Under the pieces are notes generated by a model. That model made no database searches. It was not told the origin of the DNA and was given only the letters and a program-made list of their open reading frames with translations. From positions 372,001 through 436,000 of the forward strand of contig CDROCS010000376.1 in assembly GCA_977020255.1 (NCBI GenBank): a DNA stretch of 64,000 nt, written 5' to 3'. The position numbers were made by a program, and so were the translations under genes. Every line of letters begins with the position of its first letter. The first letter of the stretch is position 1. Below, one piece after another: positions 1 to 13,442 of the stretch. The stretch comes from Obrimoposthia wandeli (Eukaryota).

Positions 1-535
1 ACGTTGGCAGGCTGAGGGTTAAATGAACATCACAAAAATAATTTAATCTCAAAATAAACAACAACAAACAAACATTGGTTTTTTATTGTGCTTTAAACTG
101 AAAGGCTAAAATAAGTCAAATATATTTATCAAAGTATACGTCGATTTAACCTTTCGTTCTCCATCCATACCTTTCTCTAGGCAAACCCAACTGGTATCGT
201 TGAGAAAACCCAAACATTATAATTACAACAGGCCTGGCGGGGAATATACATTCATAAAATTCCAAAGGTGTAATATATATTGTATATTTTTGTAGTTTTT
301 ATGATAGAAGATTTTATTTAGTAAAGCTGCTTAACATAGCCTTATAAAATAAACAATTGTTAAAATGAATTTGGCCTTTTTTAATTTATGCTTGTATTTT
401 TTTCTTTGCAATCTTTTTCACGGCTACAAATGATTCTAAAATTGATTTCCATCATTATGTAAATTCAAATTTGAGATAGTTATGCAAACTATTTAACGAC
501 TACTGCTACTAAAAACCAACACCACATTATTCTAG

Positions 536-674
536 AGACTCTCTGTACAACGAGAAAGCGTGGTGTCCCAAAAACAAGGTACACTACAAACTGCAGGAGT
601 ACATCACCATTGACCTTGGCAGCATCTACGTGCTCAACATGATAATGACAAAAGGTCTCAGCAGACATGGATAT
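536..674 (+). CDS. DDR: DDR-like receptor, discoidin (F5/8 type C) domain exon
   Basis: tctag acceptor and GTGAGT donor. Translates (R)DSLYNEKAWCPKNKVHYKLQEYITIDLGSIYVLNMIMTKGLSRHGY, matching the AWCP..EYLxIDL..TxG pattern of DDR discoidin domains. GC-richer than its flanks. Confidence 0.85.
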
Positions 675-1346
675 GTGAGTTATTTATGTTCATTAAAATA
701 GCCTAGTTTTTAAAGTAAAATTTAAGTAGCCTTTTTTTTGTCTATTTTGTACATCTGATTCTTTGTTATCCTAAGATAAATATTAGACAAAATTGAATTA
801 CTTACTATAGTAAATGTATAATCAGCATTGAAAGAATTGTTAGGTTATTGAGATAAATTGAATGATAGAATGCGCGACTCGCAAGTAGTGAGACTCGTGA
901 TTCAATTCCCAGTCAGTGACTAATTTTCTCCCGAATCTAACAGTCGAATGAAACAAAATTGACAAGTATATAGGACTTATAAAAAGCTAATATTTAAGGT
1001 TCGATAACTGATCAAATAGTGTACAGTTGTTAGTGGGGTTTCATTTTAAAAATGATCTTAATAAAATATTACAAGGAAACTGGTTATTATAAATTGGAAG
1101 AAATCTTATCGTTGCACGAGTTATGCTGCAAGACACACAAAATTGCTCAGACGAGGAATAAAAAATACTGATCAAAATATAAGTTTAGGTCTTTAATATG
1201 ATGGTGAATACTTTGTTGATTGATTATGACTAAAAGTAATCCGTCGTCATCTTTACTTTCATCTACTTTTCTGTTTCACAAATAAATCTCATAAAAAATA
1301 AACCATGCAAAAACGTCACCAGTGACACAGCGTTTTATCCCTCTAG

Positions 1347-1430
1347 ATTTCTGCGTCACACTATTTTGTGAAATACAAGCGCGTAGCTAATGAAACGTGG
1401 AGACGTTACAAGAACTCCAGTGGAATCAAG
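1347..1430 (+). CDS. DDR: DDR-like receptor, discoidin domain exon
   Basis: ctctag acceptor, GTGAGT donor, 84 nt, phase 0/0. ISASHYFVKYKRVANETWRRYKNSSGIK matches the Y..Y.R....W..Y...G segment of discoidin domains and is in frame with both neighbouring exons. Confidence 0.85.
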
Positions 1431-2543
1431 GTGAGTCTTTTAGCGCTTTTAAAAATATTGATCAACATTGAACTTTTTATTCGCGTTCGTCAATGACATC
1501 TTCGTTTATCAAACTAATTATAACCATTTAATATTGCTAACTGACAACAACAGCAATTTCTTGAAAAACACCCTACTTTCAACACTTCTGCATATAAACC
1601 AATCTACACCACAACTTTGTCAAACAGTTTGGCTATTATATTCAGCATTTCTGAATCTTAAAGTACTATTAAACTTACAACAGACTTAGTCAGCCAACAA
1701 AAACAACCAACAATAAAACAATAAATGCCAAAATTACAAATTCATATAAAACCTCGAATAATCAATGAAAATTAAAGCTACAATAAAATACCTTAAAAAG
1801 AGATGATAAAAGAAAGTAGCAAAACACTGACCAAACGAAAAGAATAAAGAATAATTACTACAATAGAGCCAAATAAAAAAAATAAAAAACTTTTTTTGGT
1901 AGTCTACTAAGAGAAAAAACAAAAGAATCCTTTAATATGAAACCAGATAAAATGAGAAAACATGTAAGAGTTAATACAGATATAATTAAATTATTCTTTG
2001 CAACATGAGTAATATTCGTAGACCCTAAAGAACCAAAAATCAATAACATAAGACCTAATTTCCTCAAAGTAGAATAAGTTAAACTAAAAAACAGAATGAA
2101 AAAAAGAATCAACTGAAGAAGATACAGGGGTTGGAACCGTCATGGCTGAAGTGAAATATTGCAGTCTTAGTAAATCTTGCAAAAGCAAATGAAACAACTT
2201 TTTTGATGTTTTTGTTTTACTATAATAAGAATATATATTAAACTTCCAACATAAAGATTCATATTTTTAAAGAAAATAAAAAGAAAGTAAATTTAAGTTA
2301 TAAAAACTGTAAGATTCGTGGTCTTAATAAAGTTGTTTAGTATTTTATATAAAATTAGTAGATACTAAATTATGGTAACGATGCATCTATGATATTCTTT
2401 AGATCTGCTCAATATATTGGTAAGGAACCATTGACTAAATTATCAGAGGTATCACACCTCGACACACGACATGAATATCTGTTAAAATAATCCATTGTAT
2501 ATGTGCCTCTATATTTCGAAAGCTGCATAGTTGAATAACCGAT

Positions 2544-2757
2544 ATACGTAAGGGGATGTGTGTCTTTCAGAACAAGGCCCCCAATTATTCATGGTCTTTG
2601 TCCTAAAAAGCAGCCTTTGTTCTCGGATAACAAAGACCATAACTCGTCGATGACTCATGTTATTTGTTTTAACAAATAATGACCCATTGTCTTTGTTCTT
2701 GGAGAACATATTTGGATCGGAGAGTTTTCACTATAGGATAAACCTGACCTTCACACC
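2544..2757. repeat. Left arm of a ~210-bp inverted repeat pair (partner 9322-9539)
   Basis: The reverse complement of 2544-2660 and 2725-2757 matches 9424-9539 and 9322-9351 (e.g. aaggggatgtgtgtctttcag / ctgaaagacacatatcccctt; cactataggataaacctgaccttcac / gtgaaggtcagggctatcctatagtg). Contains internal ctttgt/acaaag mini-hairpins. Confidence 0.8.
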
Positions 2758-4457
2758 TTCAAGGGTCCAAAATGAACTAAGTTAATAACATTATATTTAA
2801 TTTTTATAAGTAGATAATATTATTTAAATTATTCTTCCACATAGGATGCAACTGTTTACTACAAAGACATTTTAATTAAATACATCCATTTTAAAATTAT
2901 CTTATTTAAACAAAAGTCATTAAAATTTTTCATTATATATTTAAATAGCTCAATCTATCTAGGTTATTATATATTGAGAATATTATTTAAAATTATTTTT
3001 TATTATATTATGCATTGTTAAATAGAAGAAAATTTGTTTTACTGCATCAACAAATGTAATTATCCTTTTGAGATGAGAAGAGAAAATATTTAATTTCATT
3101 TCATTATTTAAAAAAGGGAATTCTAGACGCTAACAGATGCGATGCTAGCCGATAAGAAGCTGACTCAGCACTAGAATAAATTTCATCTAACACTGCTGAA
3201 GGCTCCAAGAACCTCTTGAAGTTGAAAAGATCCTAGGCTTCATTTGTTATGGACTGATGGGATACTCATCATTCTGAGAAAAATATTTCTAGTCATAAGC
3301 CAGTACACACACATACATATGAGAACGCACCCAAAGTCTTCATTAGAACTATAAAAGAGAGGGAGGAGAGAGAAAAGGACAAAAACTCTGACTTCTAGAG
3401 TTTTGAAAAAATTATATAATTTAAACATTATATAGAAAATAATTTTTAAATACTTTAGCTACTTATTATTAGAAGTATGAATATCAAGAATGACTATATT
3501 GTTGAATATCATCTTAGTCATGATGAAATTAATGCTAAAATAGATATTCGTCAAGCGGTTTTGTTGAAACGTGATTATAGTCATGAAATAATCAAGACCG
3601 TTTCAGTTAATAGGTTTAGAATTAGTAATAAAAATTACGATTCAACATGAATTTCTAACAGATTTAAGGTTTTATAAATAAACAAGATAAAAATGAGTGA
3701 GATTTTGGAAAGTCAATTTTATATTGGAAATTATCGAAATGTATTTGATGAATTTAGTCTCTTCAACTAGCGAATAAGATATCTTATAAAAATTGAAGTA
3801 TACTACTATCTTTGTAAATGCAAAATTAGGAGAAACAATAATGAAATATTATTATGGTCATTATGATAGTTTACATGCTGTTTGTATTGTTATTTCATTT
3901 TTATCTGTTTCAATGAGCGTTAGTGCTGCTTTCAATATCGTTAAAAGTAAATGTAAACTACTGAAAATATGCTTACTCAAATTCGTATTTTTAATCGTTA
4001 TCGTGAATCTATCTAACATTTATTTCATTATTCATGAGTCAGTGTCTTTATTAGTTAGCATCTTTGTTAATTACTGACCATTTAGATTTTAGCTGTATAT
4101 TATATAAACATATTTCTTTTTATTCCTGTTTCATTATTATGCCAACTTCCAATCATTTCAAAGAATATATCGCAAACGGAACCAAGAGTTTCATCTCGAA
4201 AAATCTTATTGAAGAAAATGTTTGAGACTCATCTAAGCAACTGATCTACTTGTGGAGGAGCATTTAAGAAAAATAATGCACAACTAAGCTGTCGCGCGAC
4301 TAATCCATGACTACAATTACAGGAAGCAGGAGCACTTGGAGAAGAATATATTCTGCAGGACGAGTCTTTTATTATTTATTGGTGGTTGTATTTAAATAAA
4401 ATATTTTAAGTAACTGTTTTTTATTATAAATATTATCCCACGTAGTTATATTTTAAT

Positions 4458-5030
4458 ATGAACTTCAAAAATAATTCAATTTTTCAAATTGTAGGCCCTA
4501 GTGGTAGTAGGAAAACTCATTTCATTTGTAAATTACTTCAAAATAATAAATAGTTTAAATTCAAGTTTAATAAAATATATTGACATCAGGAAGCGCGTTT
4601 AACCACTAAGGAGTTTAAGAAAATCGAAAATATAAAAAGTCATTAATGGATTTGATGATAATTGGTCTGAACAAATAGGACGTCAGGATGTAATTTTTTT
4701 ATGACTTGTATCAAGAAGCCAATAAAGAGAGTGATTTCAATCATGTATTCAATAAAATAGCAAGACACCAAGAAGTAATTGTTATTTTCATCACACAAAA
4801 TATATTTCATCAGGGTGGTAATCATAGAACTCATAATTTAAATGTACATTACCTTGTTCTTTTCAAGAATCCACGTTATCAAACTGTTGTTGATTTCATT
4901 TCAAGATAAGCTAACCTGAATAAAAATTTAAAAAATCTACATTTTATCTAAGATTGCCCTTAATCACTTAAGAGTTAGAACTGATATATCCAATCCAGTT
5001 GTCATTTTTATTTATAACAATTCTAAGAAA
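4458..5030 (+). pseudogene. Polinton packaging ATPase remnant
   Basis: MNFKNNSIFQIVGPSGSRKTHF (Walker A), then LYQEANKESDFNHVFNKIARHQEVIVIFITQNIFHQGG..NVHYLVLFKNPR, colinear with 37724-38370. Confidence 0.9.
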
Positions 5031-5529
5031 TCAGTTTCTTGAAAATGAATTTTGAAAAATGAAATTATTAAGTCAGTTCTAAAAGAAAAAAAACATATTA
5101 AATCAATGGTTGTTCGAAAATCAAATAAGAAATCTAGGATTATTGCATATTTCAATTCTCTTATGCGTGCAATATTTATTCTACGCCCACTTATTCTTAA
5201 CTTAGTTTATAATTTTATAATATATGATTTACTTAATATGATCCAGTAAAGTAACTTTAAAAATTAAAATGGATTAACATAAGAAGGCTCTACTTGCTTT
5301 ATTTCATGCTAAAATACCAACCAGTAAGCGTAAGTTATTTTATAAGCAAAGATGGGGATTTCGGGGATTTCTAGTTCCAATAGTTAGATCCATAGTTGGT
5401 GCACTTGTTAGAAAAATAATAAATCGATGATTATAAACATAGATTTCCGTTCAAAAATATGAATTTTATATGGCTTCACTTCCATTTATGATCCTAAATT
5501 AAATATAAAAATTAAATCGTCTTTTTGTA

Positions 5530-6345
5530 ATGGAGAAAATATGGTTGGTTACACATGAGTTTCCAAATTGGCAAAGGTAGCAAAGAAAGGAAAAAGGGAA
5601 ACGTAGACGAGGTTGAGAAATAAATTAGCTTAAAAGTAAACAAACTGATTTCCGAATGATTGAATGTTTGATAGCAAGCAAATTTGATGGAAATGATACC
5701 TTATGCAAGTATTAACGATGGATACCGATATATTTTTACCTGTGTTGATGCCTTTAGTAGACTTTTTATAGCTATTTCCCTAAAGTCTAAGTCGGGTACA
5801 AATGTTTTAGAGGCAATGAAGCAATTGATTAAAGAAATAAAACCAACAAATTTCCAAATTTCTAAGTGGAAGGAGTTTTATAATAAACATGTCAGTACAT
5901 TACTGAAAAACATGACATTCATCATTATTCAGTGTTTCCTCAATATAAAGCTGCTTTAGTTGAACGTTTTAATCGAACATTTATAGATTAGTTGAAGGGA
6001 AATAAAGTCTGGTTGATGTTTTTCTTAAAATAATACATCCGTATAATCACTTTGATCATTCATCCTTTGATATATAGATATAGACGTTACAGATAAAAAT
6101 TTCATGGAAATTTGGCAACGTGGTAATCAGCATCAAGTTGTAAGGAAACCAAAATATAAGATTGATGATTATGTAAGTATTTATCAAATAAGTACTACTC
6201 CTTTTTTTAAAGAATTCTAAAACGAATTGGAGTGATGAGGTATTTTGTGTAACTAAAAACAATACTAAACATATCCTGGTGGATGAAACATTTAATGAGA
6301 TGGGTGTTACATTTTATCATGAGGAATTACAAGTGTTACCTGAAA
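5530..6345 (+). pseudogene. Polinton RVE integrase remnant
   Basis: Starts MEKIW like the integrase at 37128. Contains LMEMIPYASINDGYRYIFTCVDAFSR and KAALVERFNRT. Disrupted, and the chromodomain is missing. Confidence 0.9.
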
Positions 6346-6363
6346 AATTCATTTACTGATGCA

Positions 6364-9060
6364 ATCTACCGGTCGAGAAATCGTACGCAGAAACCGATAG
6401 ATTTACTTTTACTAGAGAGTGATGATCACTATAATTATGTCGCAGTTCCTAAATAAAATACGTTACTTAATTATAGAAACAGAGGGATGGCAACTCGTAT
6501 TCAATATACTTGTGTCCTAATTGTTTACGTGGGTTTCAACGGATGGATGCATGCGTTCGCTCCTCTGTAGATCAAATATAGAACACACAAATCTGTATCA
6601 GATGCTTGTAGATAAGAAATGCAACTTCACAAAGCAAATTTGAAGCAGTACTGTCACTGTATGGAATCTTCCATCAGAATCACTTACATATAGTGGATTG
6701 TATTTTGTTTTCTCCTATTTCAGCGGATATAAACGCCTACCAACATGGGTACTCCGTTTTCACTGGAGAGTTTTGTGATATCGAGTTTTTGAATAAGCTA
6801 GATTGGCTTGTTAAAGACATCGTATCTCCGTGGTATCGTAACCATGCCGTGGAAGTTATGTGCCCACGTACATTGGAGCAGATAGTGAGCTTTATCTCAG
6901 CTACTGTTTATTACTTGTGTAAGAAGCGAGTCCCAAACAAGGTTCACAATCATGAACACATGATCAGCGAGTATATCAGTGCTACACACTGGAAATGTAA
7001 GTTATATAGAAGGTTGAGTCATAGTATCTAGTGATTTTTTCATAACCTGAAACGCTATGATATGCATCACATCATGAAGTATGCATTGAGTCAGTTTTGG
7101 CATTGGGATTGCATTATGATTCCATAATTCAGTGAGAAAATGTATGGCTTTGATGAATCATATCAATTGGATCTCTCTTAGATTCATCGACTCACTGCAA
7201 TTTATCAACAGTAGCTTGGAGAAACTAATCGCAAGTATTTTGGAAACACTGATCACATCAAGCATCCATCCTCCTCAATTGAAGAAAGGTAAGGGGATCT
7301 TCCTCTACAATATGGTCACGTCTGAGACTGCTGTCCATGCCAGCACAAGTCTGCCACCGATATAGAACGAAACAACCAAGCCTGATATCTACATGCTCGC
7401 CGAACAAGCTTGGATAGAAACTGTGTATCAGTCTTTTTTAACAACATGCTTGTCTACTTCAAGCTCGACGTGTTTTTGTTAGCAGACATATTCACTGCTT
7501 TCCAGACAAGGGCTATCAGTGACAACGGGCTAGATTCGCTCAACCTCTTCAGTATTCCTGGTGTGAAATATTTGATTTTCAATATTTTCTTTAATAGTAA
7601 TTAATAATCTCTACAGTAATTATTTAAATTCATTATTGAAAGTAAGTAATATTTAATCTTTAGTTATATTTTCTCTAATTATTTCTCCCCTATAAAAAAC
7701 TTACTTTCACTTCGGACTTCAAGTTGTTGCTATGGTCCGAGGGAACTACCGTATCTGGCGCTACTCTCGTCAAGGTGGAGTTGGTATAGAATCTCAAAAT
7801 GTACCAGCTCTTTTGTGAGGGAATCCGCGATTAGATTTCGTTTTTGAATTCAGTAAACGGCCTTGAACTTTTGTATATAGACGATAACAATCTGTACGGA
7901 TGAATTATGTGCAAATATTTGCCAGTAGGAGGTTTTATGTGAGTAATAGACCGATTAGGATTAGAAACTATTATTTCTGAGCTCTCATATGTAGAATGTA
8001 TTTGTAGTAACTTTGCTTATTTGTTGGAATTGGATTTATTCATTTCAAATCACCTACATGATAAGTTGGATGGTCTGCCAATAGCTTCTAGAAAGGAATG
8101 CTCCATAGGTAGTAAAATAACTAAACTACTATTAACTCACTATCCAAAAATACGTAATGTTGTAAACGCTCGTTTGTAGCAAATGTCCCTAAGACGCAAG
8201 GTGCAAGGTTAAATTTTTTGTATCAAACCATTAAGTTTGCACTAAATAATTTTTTTCTGATTACATAGAGGCAAACAAAATTTAACGGGCACAGGCCACT
8301 AACGTTTTTATAAAGGATTACTATAAATTGAAAGTAAATTATCTTTTCGGTAAGTTAATTGAAAATTTAATGAAGAGAATGAACTTACGTATTTGTAACA
8401 CTTTTCAAAAGCAATTCTCAATCCAGACAGACTATAGAATTTGACAGACTTTATTGCTGTGTTATTAAATAAGAATACTGTCGTTTTGGATCGTCCAAGC
8501 TAGATTGGGCAAGCAGTTTTAGACTTAAGTAAATTACGAATGTATAAATTACAGTACATGTAGCTTGAGAAATATATGACACACTTTAACTGCAAAATGA
8601 AGGTTATTGCCTGTGACTCTGACAGCTTTTTCTTAATGTGTATAAGTGTAAATATTATCGGTAAAGATTAGTGATGAGGGTTTAGATACTTCTCAATTTC
8701 CCACATCTCATCTACATTTTACTATGGTTAACATTGCTATTGGGAAAGTAAAAGACGAAAAAAAGAAGGTTGTACGATATTATAGGGGATATTTTACGCC
8801 CAAAATATTATAGTTTAAAAGCTACTGCCGAAGAAGTGCAGATTAGAGCGAAGTGAATTAGTTTGAAAGCTTGTGACTTATCATATGCTTATTACTTAGT
8901 TATATAGTAGAATGGAGTAAGTAAAAAAATGTGCATTAAGAACGCGTTACTTCACTTAATCATAAATCTTCTATATTCAGTTAAGTAGAATAGCGTTGAG
9001 CAGTCATGATGATAAACGAAAATGGACTGAGGAAAATCAGTCTGGTGTCTTCGGTCATTT
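6364..9060 (+). pseudogene. Protein-primed DNA polymerase B remnant (5'-truncated)
   Basis: IYRSRNRTQKPIDLLLLESDDHYNYVAVP, LRFIDSLQF, YFKLDVFLLADIF, IDDNNLYG, LKVNYLFGK, CDSDSF and ALSSHDDKRKW are colinear with the pPolB at 29339-32888. Confidence 0.9.
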
Positions 9061-9216
9061 TCTCCATTCAAATGTTTATTTTATCGTATATGAGAGATTT
9101 TTAGAAATTTTATTTTATGGGACTCTTATGTTTTTTATTTTATCCTTTTTATGTTCCCTAACACTTGCACACACACACACACATATATTTTCATTTATAA
9201 TTAAATGTATTTAACT

Positions 9217-9351
9217 AGATGTGACATGGAGATAAAATTTATATTTCATTTAATGTGAATGTCAGGGCTATCCTATAGTGACAAAAAGATGTGACATGGA
9301 GATAAAATTTATATTTCATTTAATGTGAAGGTCAGGGCTATCCTATAGTGA
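9217..9351. repeat. 70-bp tandem duplication (2 copies)
   Basis: agatgtgacatggagataaaattt...gggctatcctatagtga starts at 9217 and again at 9287. Confidence 0.9.
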
Positions 9352-9539
9352 TGACTACATGTCAATAGAACACTCAGAGCAAAATATATGTACGTTTGAA
9401 AAGAGTTTAATAGAAGAAAGACAATGAGTCATCGATGATTCGTGGTCTTTGTTCTCCGATAACAAAGGCTGCTTTTCAGGACAAAGACCATGAGACATTG
9501 TGAACTTTGTCCTGAAAGACACATATCCCCTTACTTATA
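9322..9539. repeat. Right arm of a ~210-bp inverted repeat pair (partner 2544-2757)
   Basis: See the left arm. This copy has a ~28-nt deletion between two atg(g/a)gtcat motifs relative to the left arm. Confidence 0.8.
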
Positions 9540-10026
9540 GTTTCCTTGAATTTCAACAAATGGCCACATCATATTTTAGTTAATGTTTCTTATCAACTTT
9601 CATTCATTTCTAATAAAGAAACATTGTGACTAAAATAAATGCTTATAATGTTATAATGTCATAATATCTGATTAGATAGATTCGTTTGAGAGTTCAGGAG
9701 AACATGTGCTAAAATTGACAATTTTCTAGTTCTGGTTTCCAGTTACCGCGTATTCTATGAGATTAACATTATAAATTAGAGCAATTTTTTGACGAGGACT
9801 GGAATCCAACGAAAAGGTCACAACATTTACATAATTCTCACCAATTTTCTCTAAATTTCAGATCGTTCAAGTTCGAATAATTAACTTAGTCAGCGTATAG
9901 CTTAAGTTTTATCAGTATTATTTGTCATTAAATTAAATCAAATTATAATTATATTCCAAGTAAACCCCTTAAGCTTGAAACATTCGCTTTAGTAATATAA
10001 TTTATCGGAATGCACCTCTTACACAG

Positions 10027-10177
10027 AAGATCAGTGGCAATAAGGACCATCTAACGGAAAAGTTCAATCTATTCACGCCTACCGTTGTGGCCCGCTGGGT
10101 TCGCATTTATCCTGTGGTGCTCCATGACCCGGGCATGATCTGCCTCAACCTGCAGCTCTATGGCTGTAAATACACTA
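10027..10177 (+). CDS. DDR: DDR-like receptor, discoidin domain C-terminal exon
   Basis: acacag acceptor, GTGAGT donor, 151 nt, phase 0/1. KISGNKDHLTEKFNLFTPTVVARWVRIYPVVLHDPGMICLNLQLYGCKYT contains the diagnostic GN..ARxVRxYP..CL.xxLYGC end of the domain. Confidence 0.9.
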
Positions 10178-12041
10178 GTGAGTCACGCTAACACCTTCAT
10201 CATAATGATATTAGTACTGGCGAAAGCTTCAAAATCAGGAAAAAGAACAGAAGCATAAAACAGCTTGCAAAATTTTAAAAGTTTTTCTTGAGAAATGGTC
10301 TCACTGATTTAATAAATATATGGATTTAATAAATTATCAATAGAATTATTATAATTTAAAATTAAATAATAAAAATGAAAAGTGAAAAATGAAACAAAGT
10401 AAAATTACACGGTACTAATAGTATTTTTAATATATATTGTCTATATTATTGGATTCCTTGTCTTATTTTGTCACATTTTAGGGTTAGTGTTAGCGTTAGT
10501 AACTGAATGCAATTATAATTATACATTTAGTTTATTATGATATAAATTCAATTTTGTGTAACAGTGACTCGATTTCATTTGTTGGATAATTTCTAACTTT
10601 CACAAGCTAAGAAGAGTAAAATTTATATTAAATTAATTATTTTACAAATGAAATAGACATAAATTAGAAAACAATCGTTTGAAAAAAGGTATTATGCAGA
10701 AATATCCATCAAGTTTATGACTGTCAAAAATATGTTTTATTTAAAGAAAAAATAAACTTTTTAAACTAAATAAGGAATTATTTCCTATGCAAGTTTACTC
10801 TAATGAAATACAAAAAACATTCAAAGAACAATGACAAAATTTTAATATTATAATCATTCGTCAAGTTTCTAGACCTATTTTGCAATTTTAAGATTAATGT
10901 AAATTTCATCTCTATTTTCAATGTTTTAATCACGTGATAATTGGAGCCATGTTTCTGAAAACAATGGTGATTGACGTAATGGAGAACAACTTTTAAAGCT
11001 GACTGTTCAACGATCCTTTTTCGACTAATTTTCTTTTGTAAGATAGCTTTGATGATGAATAAAACTAAGGAAACGAAACAAGTTGAATTTTGTTGTTGTA
11101 TATTTTATTTTATGTGAAAATGTGTGTTAAATAATGTAAAACGCTTAGAAGATTCATCCTCATTTTAAAAAGATGAAAATTGGTACTCTTTCTGAGTTCT
11201 CCAATTTAAATAATAAAATATAATTATTTTGACTTTTGTAAGAACAAGTATATTTTTATTTTTATTAAATTAAAATATTTAAGTATAAAAATAGCAACCT
11301 TAAGAATACCATTCTTCTATTAAAAATGCTAAAATCGAAAAATTTTTTTTGATTCAATTAAGAAAACCATTAAACAAAAGTTTGAAAAAAGACGCGCTTT
11401 AAAAATTGTAATTTAACATGTTTCATATGATTAATATGGTATTTTATTTTTAATAAAAAGTGAAGAAAATTCTGATTAAGTGCAAAAAAAATTCTTAAAC
11501 TGGTCGTGAATTAATTTAATATTGAATAGAAGCACACGACGCTTATTGTTGAATTTGAGCCTTCTCTGTCAAATCTCAAATCAAATATTTTATAAAAAAA
11601 CATTTATATTATTAAAATTTACATTTACATTCTTTGTATTTATGCAATATATAATATTTTAACAGACTAAAAATGCTTCAGACAATGGACTGTTCGAACG
11701 AATTTCCAAAGCTCATCATTTATTTAAATAAAAGCACCAAAAAAATCTAAAAAAGCCATCTACAGAAGAATGGGAAAATGGAAAATACCGATTTTCGATT
11801 GAGTTACGTTTTAAAATAGCTCTGAACTGTCGAATTGTTGTGTATGGTTGGGCATTTAATTGAGCATTTGTTGGGTTGAAAATTTATTGAACCCGGTGAA
11901 ATGACAATTTTAATATTTTTCCATGTTTAATTAAATGTTCACTGTAATTTGTAAAATTTCTTATTCGGAGGTAGATACTGAAAAGATTATTATGAAAAAT
12001 AATATTTCAGAAATCTGATTAGGAAATACCGATGTGTATGG

Positions 12042-12640
12042 CAGTTATTCTCAACCGGGGGCGATTCAAATAGAATCCCAGTGGGTCAAACAATATTCAG
12101 AGTAAAAGTATTTATTCACTAGAAAGTATAATTCCATGTACTACATATATAATTAAAAAACAGGTTGTCGTAAAATTATCACCAAAAATGTAGACAATGT
12201 TTTTAAAAAATTACATATATATATATATATTTTTTTTTATGAAAGTAGCACACGTTAGATCTTCATTATTTTCTAACCCATGGGTTATTTTTCAAAAAAA
12301 TGTCTACAATATCTCAATCAATATTTTCAATTTGGTTTTATAAAAAATACGAAAGATCCTAAACAACCTTTCTGTCTTTTCTGCCACACCCCTTCTTCTG
12401 ATGAAGCAATGAAGCCCTCTCGACTTTCTGAACACATAAAAAGAAGACAACCAGAGAATTTCGGTAGACCTGTTGAAAACTTTAAACATTTGAAACATGA
12501 ATTTGAAAATAAAGCAAGAACTACAGAAGAATAAATGACGATGAACTGATTGCTGAAATAATTGCAAAACTGAAAGTGTAGATATGATGGTTGAACATGT
12601 TATTAAACCTATAACAGAAATTGTCATATCAAACTTTAAG
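12042..12640 (+). mobile_element. hAT (Charlie/Buster-type) transposon 5' fragment with BED-finger-like ORF
   Basis: hAT-like terminus CAGTTATTCTCAACCGGGGG at 12042. ORF 12280-12534 YFQFGFIKNTKDPKQPFCLFCHTPSSDEAMKPSRLSEHIKR matches the Buster/ZBED5 N-terminal Y.xGF..P.C.xC..NE.MKPSxL.xH pattern. Truncated. Confidence 0.8.
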
Positions 12641-12644
12641 AACC

Positions 12645-12750
12645 TTTAAGTCAGGTTAAATGACTTAGTAAGATAGTTGAATATTTCTAAACATCAAGCT
12701 GAAATACTTGGCTCACATGTGCAATGGAATCTATCAGAAACCATTACAGG
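12645..12750 (+). mobile_element. Short remnant of an insect-type DNA transposon ORF (LNDLVRDL..SK..AE.L.SR motif)
   Basis: With one indel it reads LNDLVR-LNISKHQAEILGSHVQWNL, a motif I recognise from a widespread repeat-encoded ORF. Family not assigned. Confidence 0.4.
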
Positions 12751-13154
12751 ATTTCATGTGTGCGTAACAAATTCTGCTTCAAAATGGATTGTTATAACTA
12801 ATTATTGTTTTTTTTAATATTCCAGATCGTTATTTTGTGTAAAAAAATGTTTTTTCTGACCATGTCAATTTCTCAAAATTTCGACGATTGAATTTTTTCA
12901 AAAGAATAATTTTTAATAGGCTGCCAAATTTCGGTATATAGAAAAAGTGTACAATTTCAGTTTTTATTTTAAATATTTTGTAGAGATAGAAAAGTTAGTC
13001 GCACAAAATGAAAGAATCTTTAAATAATTTATGAGATGGGAAGACCTCCTAGGTCGGTTCTAACTATGGTATATATTATATCTGCAGTGCATAACTAAAC
13101 AATATTACAAGGTTACACAGTTCAGTCGGGGGTGAGATGGTCATTGACATGATC

Positions 13155-13442
13155 NNNNNNNNNNNNNNNNNNNNNNNNNNNNNNNNNNNNNNNNNNNNNN
13201 NNNNNNNNNNNNNNNNNNNNNNNNNNNNNNNNNNNNNNNNNNNNNNNNNNNNNNNNNNNNNNNNNNNNNNNNNNNNNNNNNNNNNNNNNNNNNNNNNNNN
13301 NNNNNNNNNNNNNNNNNNNNNNNNNNNNNNNNNNNNNNNNNNNNNNNNNNNNNNNNNNNNNNNNNNNNNNNNNNNNNNNNNNNNNNNNNNNNNNNNNNNN
13401 NNNNNNNNNNNNNNNNNNNNNNNNNNNNNNNNNNNNNNNNNN
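13155..13442. other. Assembly gap (288 N)
   Basis: Run of n. Confidence 1.

Larger units (their letters stand above)
4458..9060 (+). mobile_element. Old, heavily degraded Polinton/Maverick remnant 1 (ATPase, small basic protein, integrase, pPolB, all on +)
   Basis: Fragmented frames homologous to genes of the 23502-40807 element, with many stops and frameshifts. Confidence 0.9.

Noticed and set aside
1-267. Additional DDR exons (VGRLR at 3-17; open segment 181-267 ending in phase 2)
   Set aside because: 181-267 would supply the phase-2 donor needed by exon 536, but its peptide is not recognisably discoidin and the donor is weak. The 3-17 segment ends in phase 0 and cannot be joined. Unresolved without RNA data.
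1468-4077. Short AT-rich ORFs here and at 41770-49356, 51518-51748, 58247-58994 and 63408-63650
   Set aside because: Low-complexity F/I/L/K/N-rich chance ORFs typical of very AT-rich intronic DNA, apart from the transposase fragments listed as features.
3480-4150. TBP-like or 90-aa-ORF homologues upstream of the ATPase in remnant 1 (TTIFVNAKLGETI; DEINAK..FRI)
   Set aside because: The similarity is too short to trust by eye, and the order would not match the intact element.
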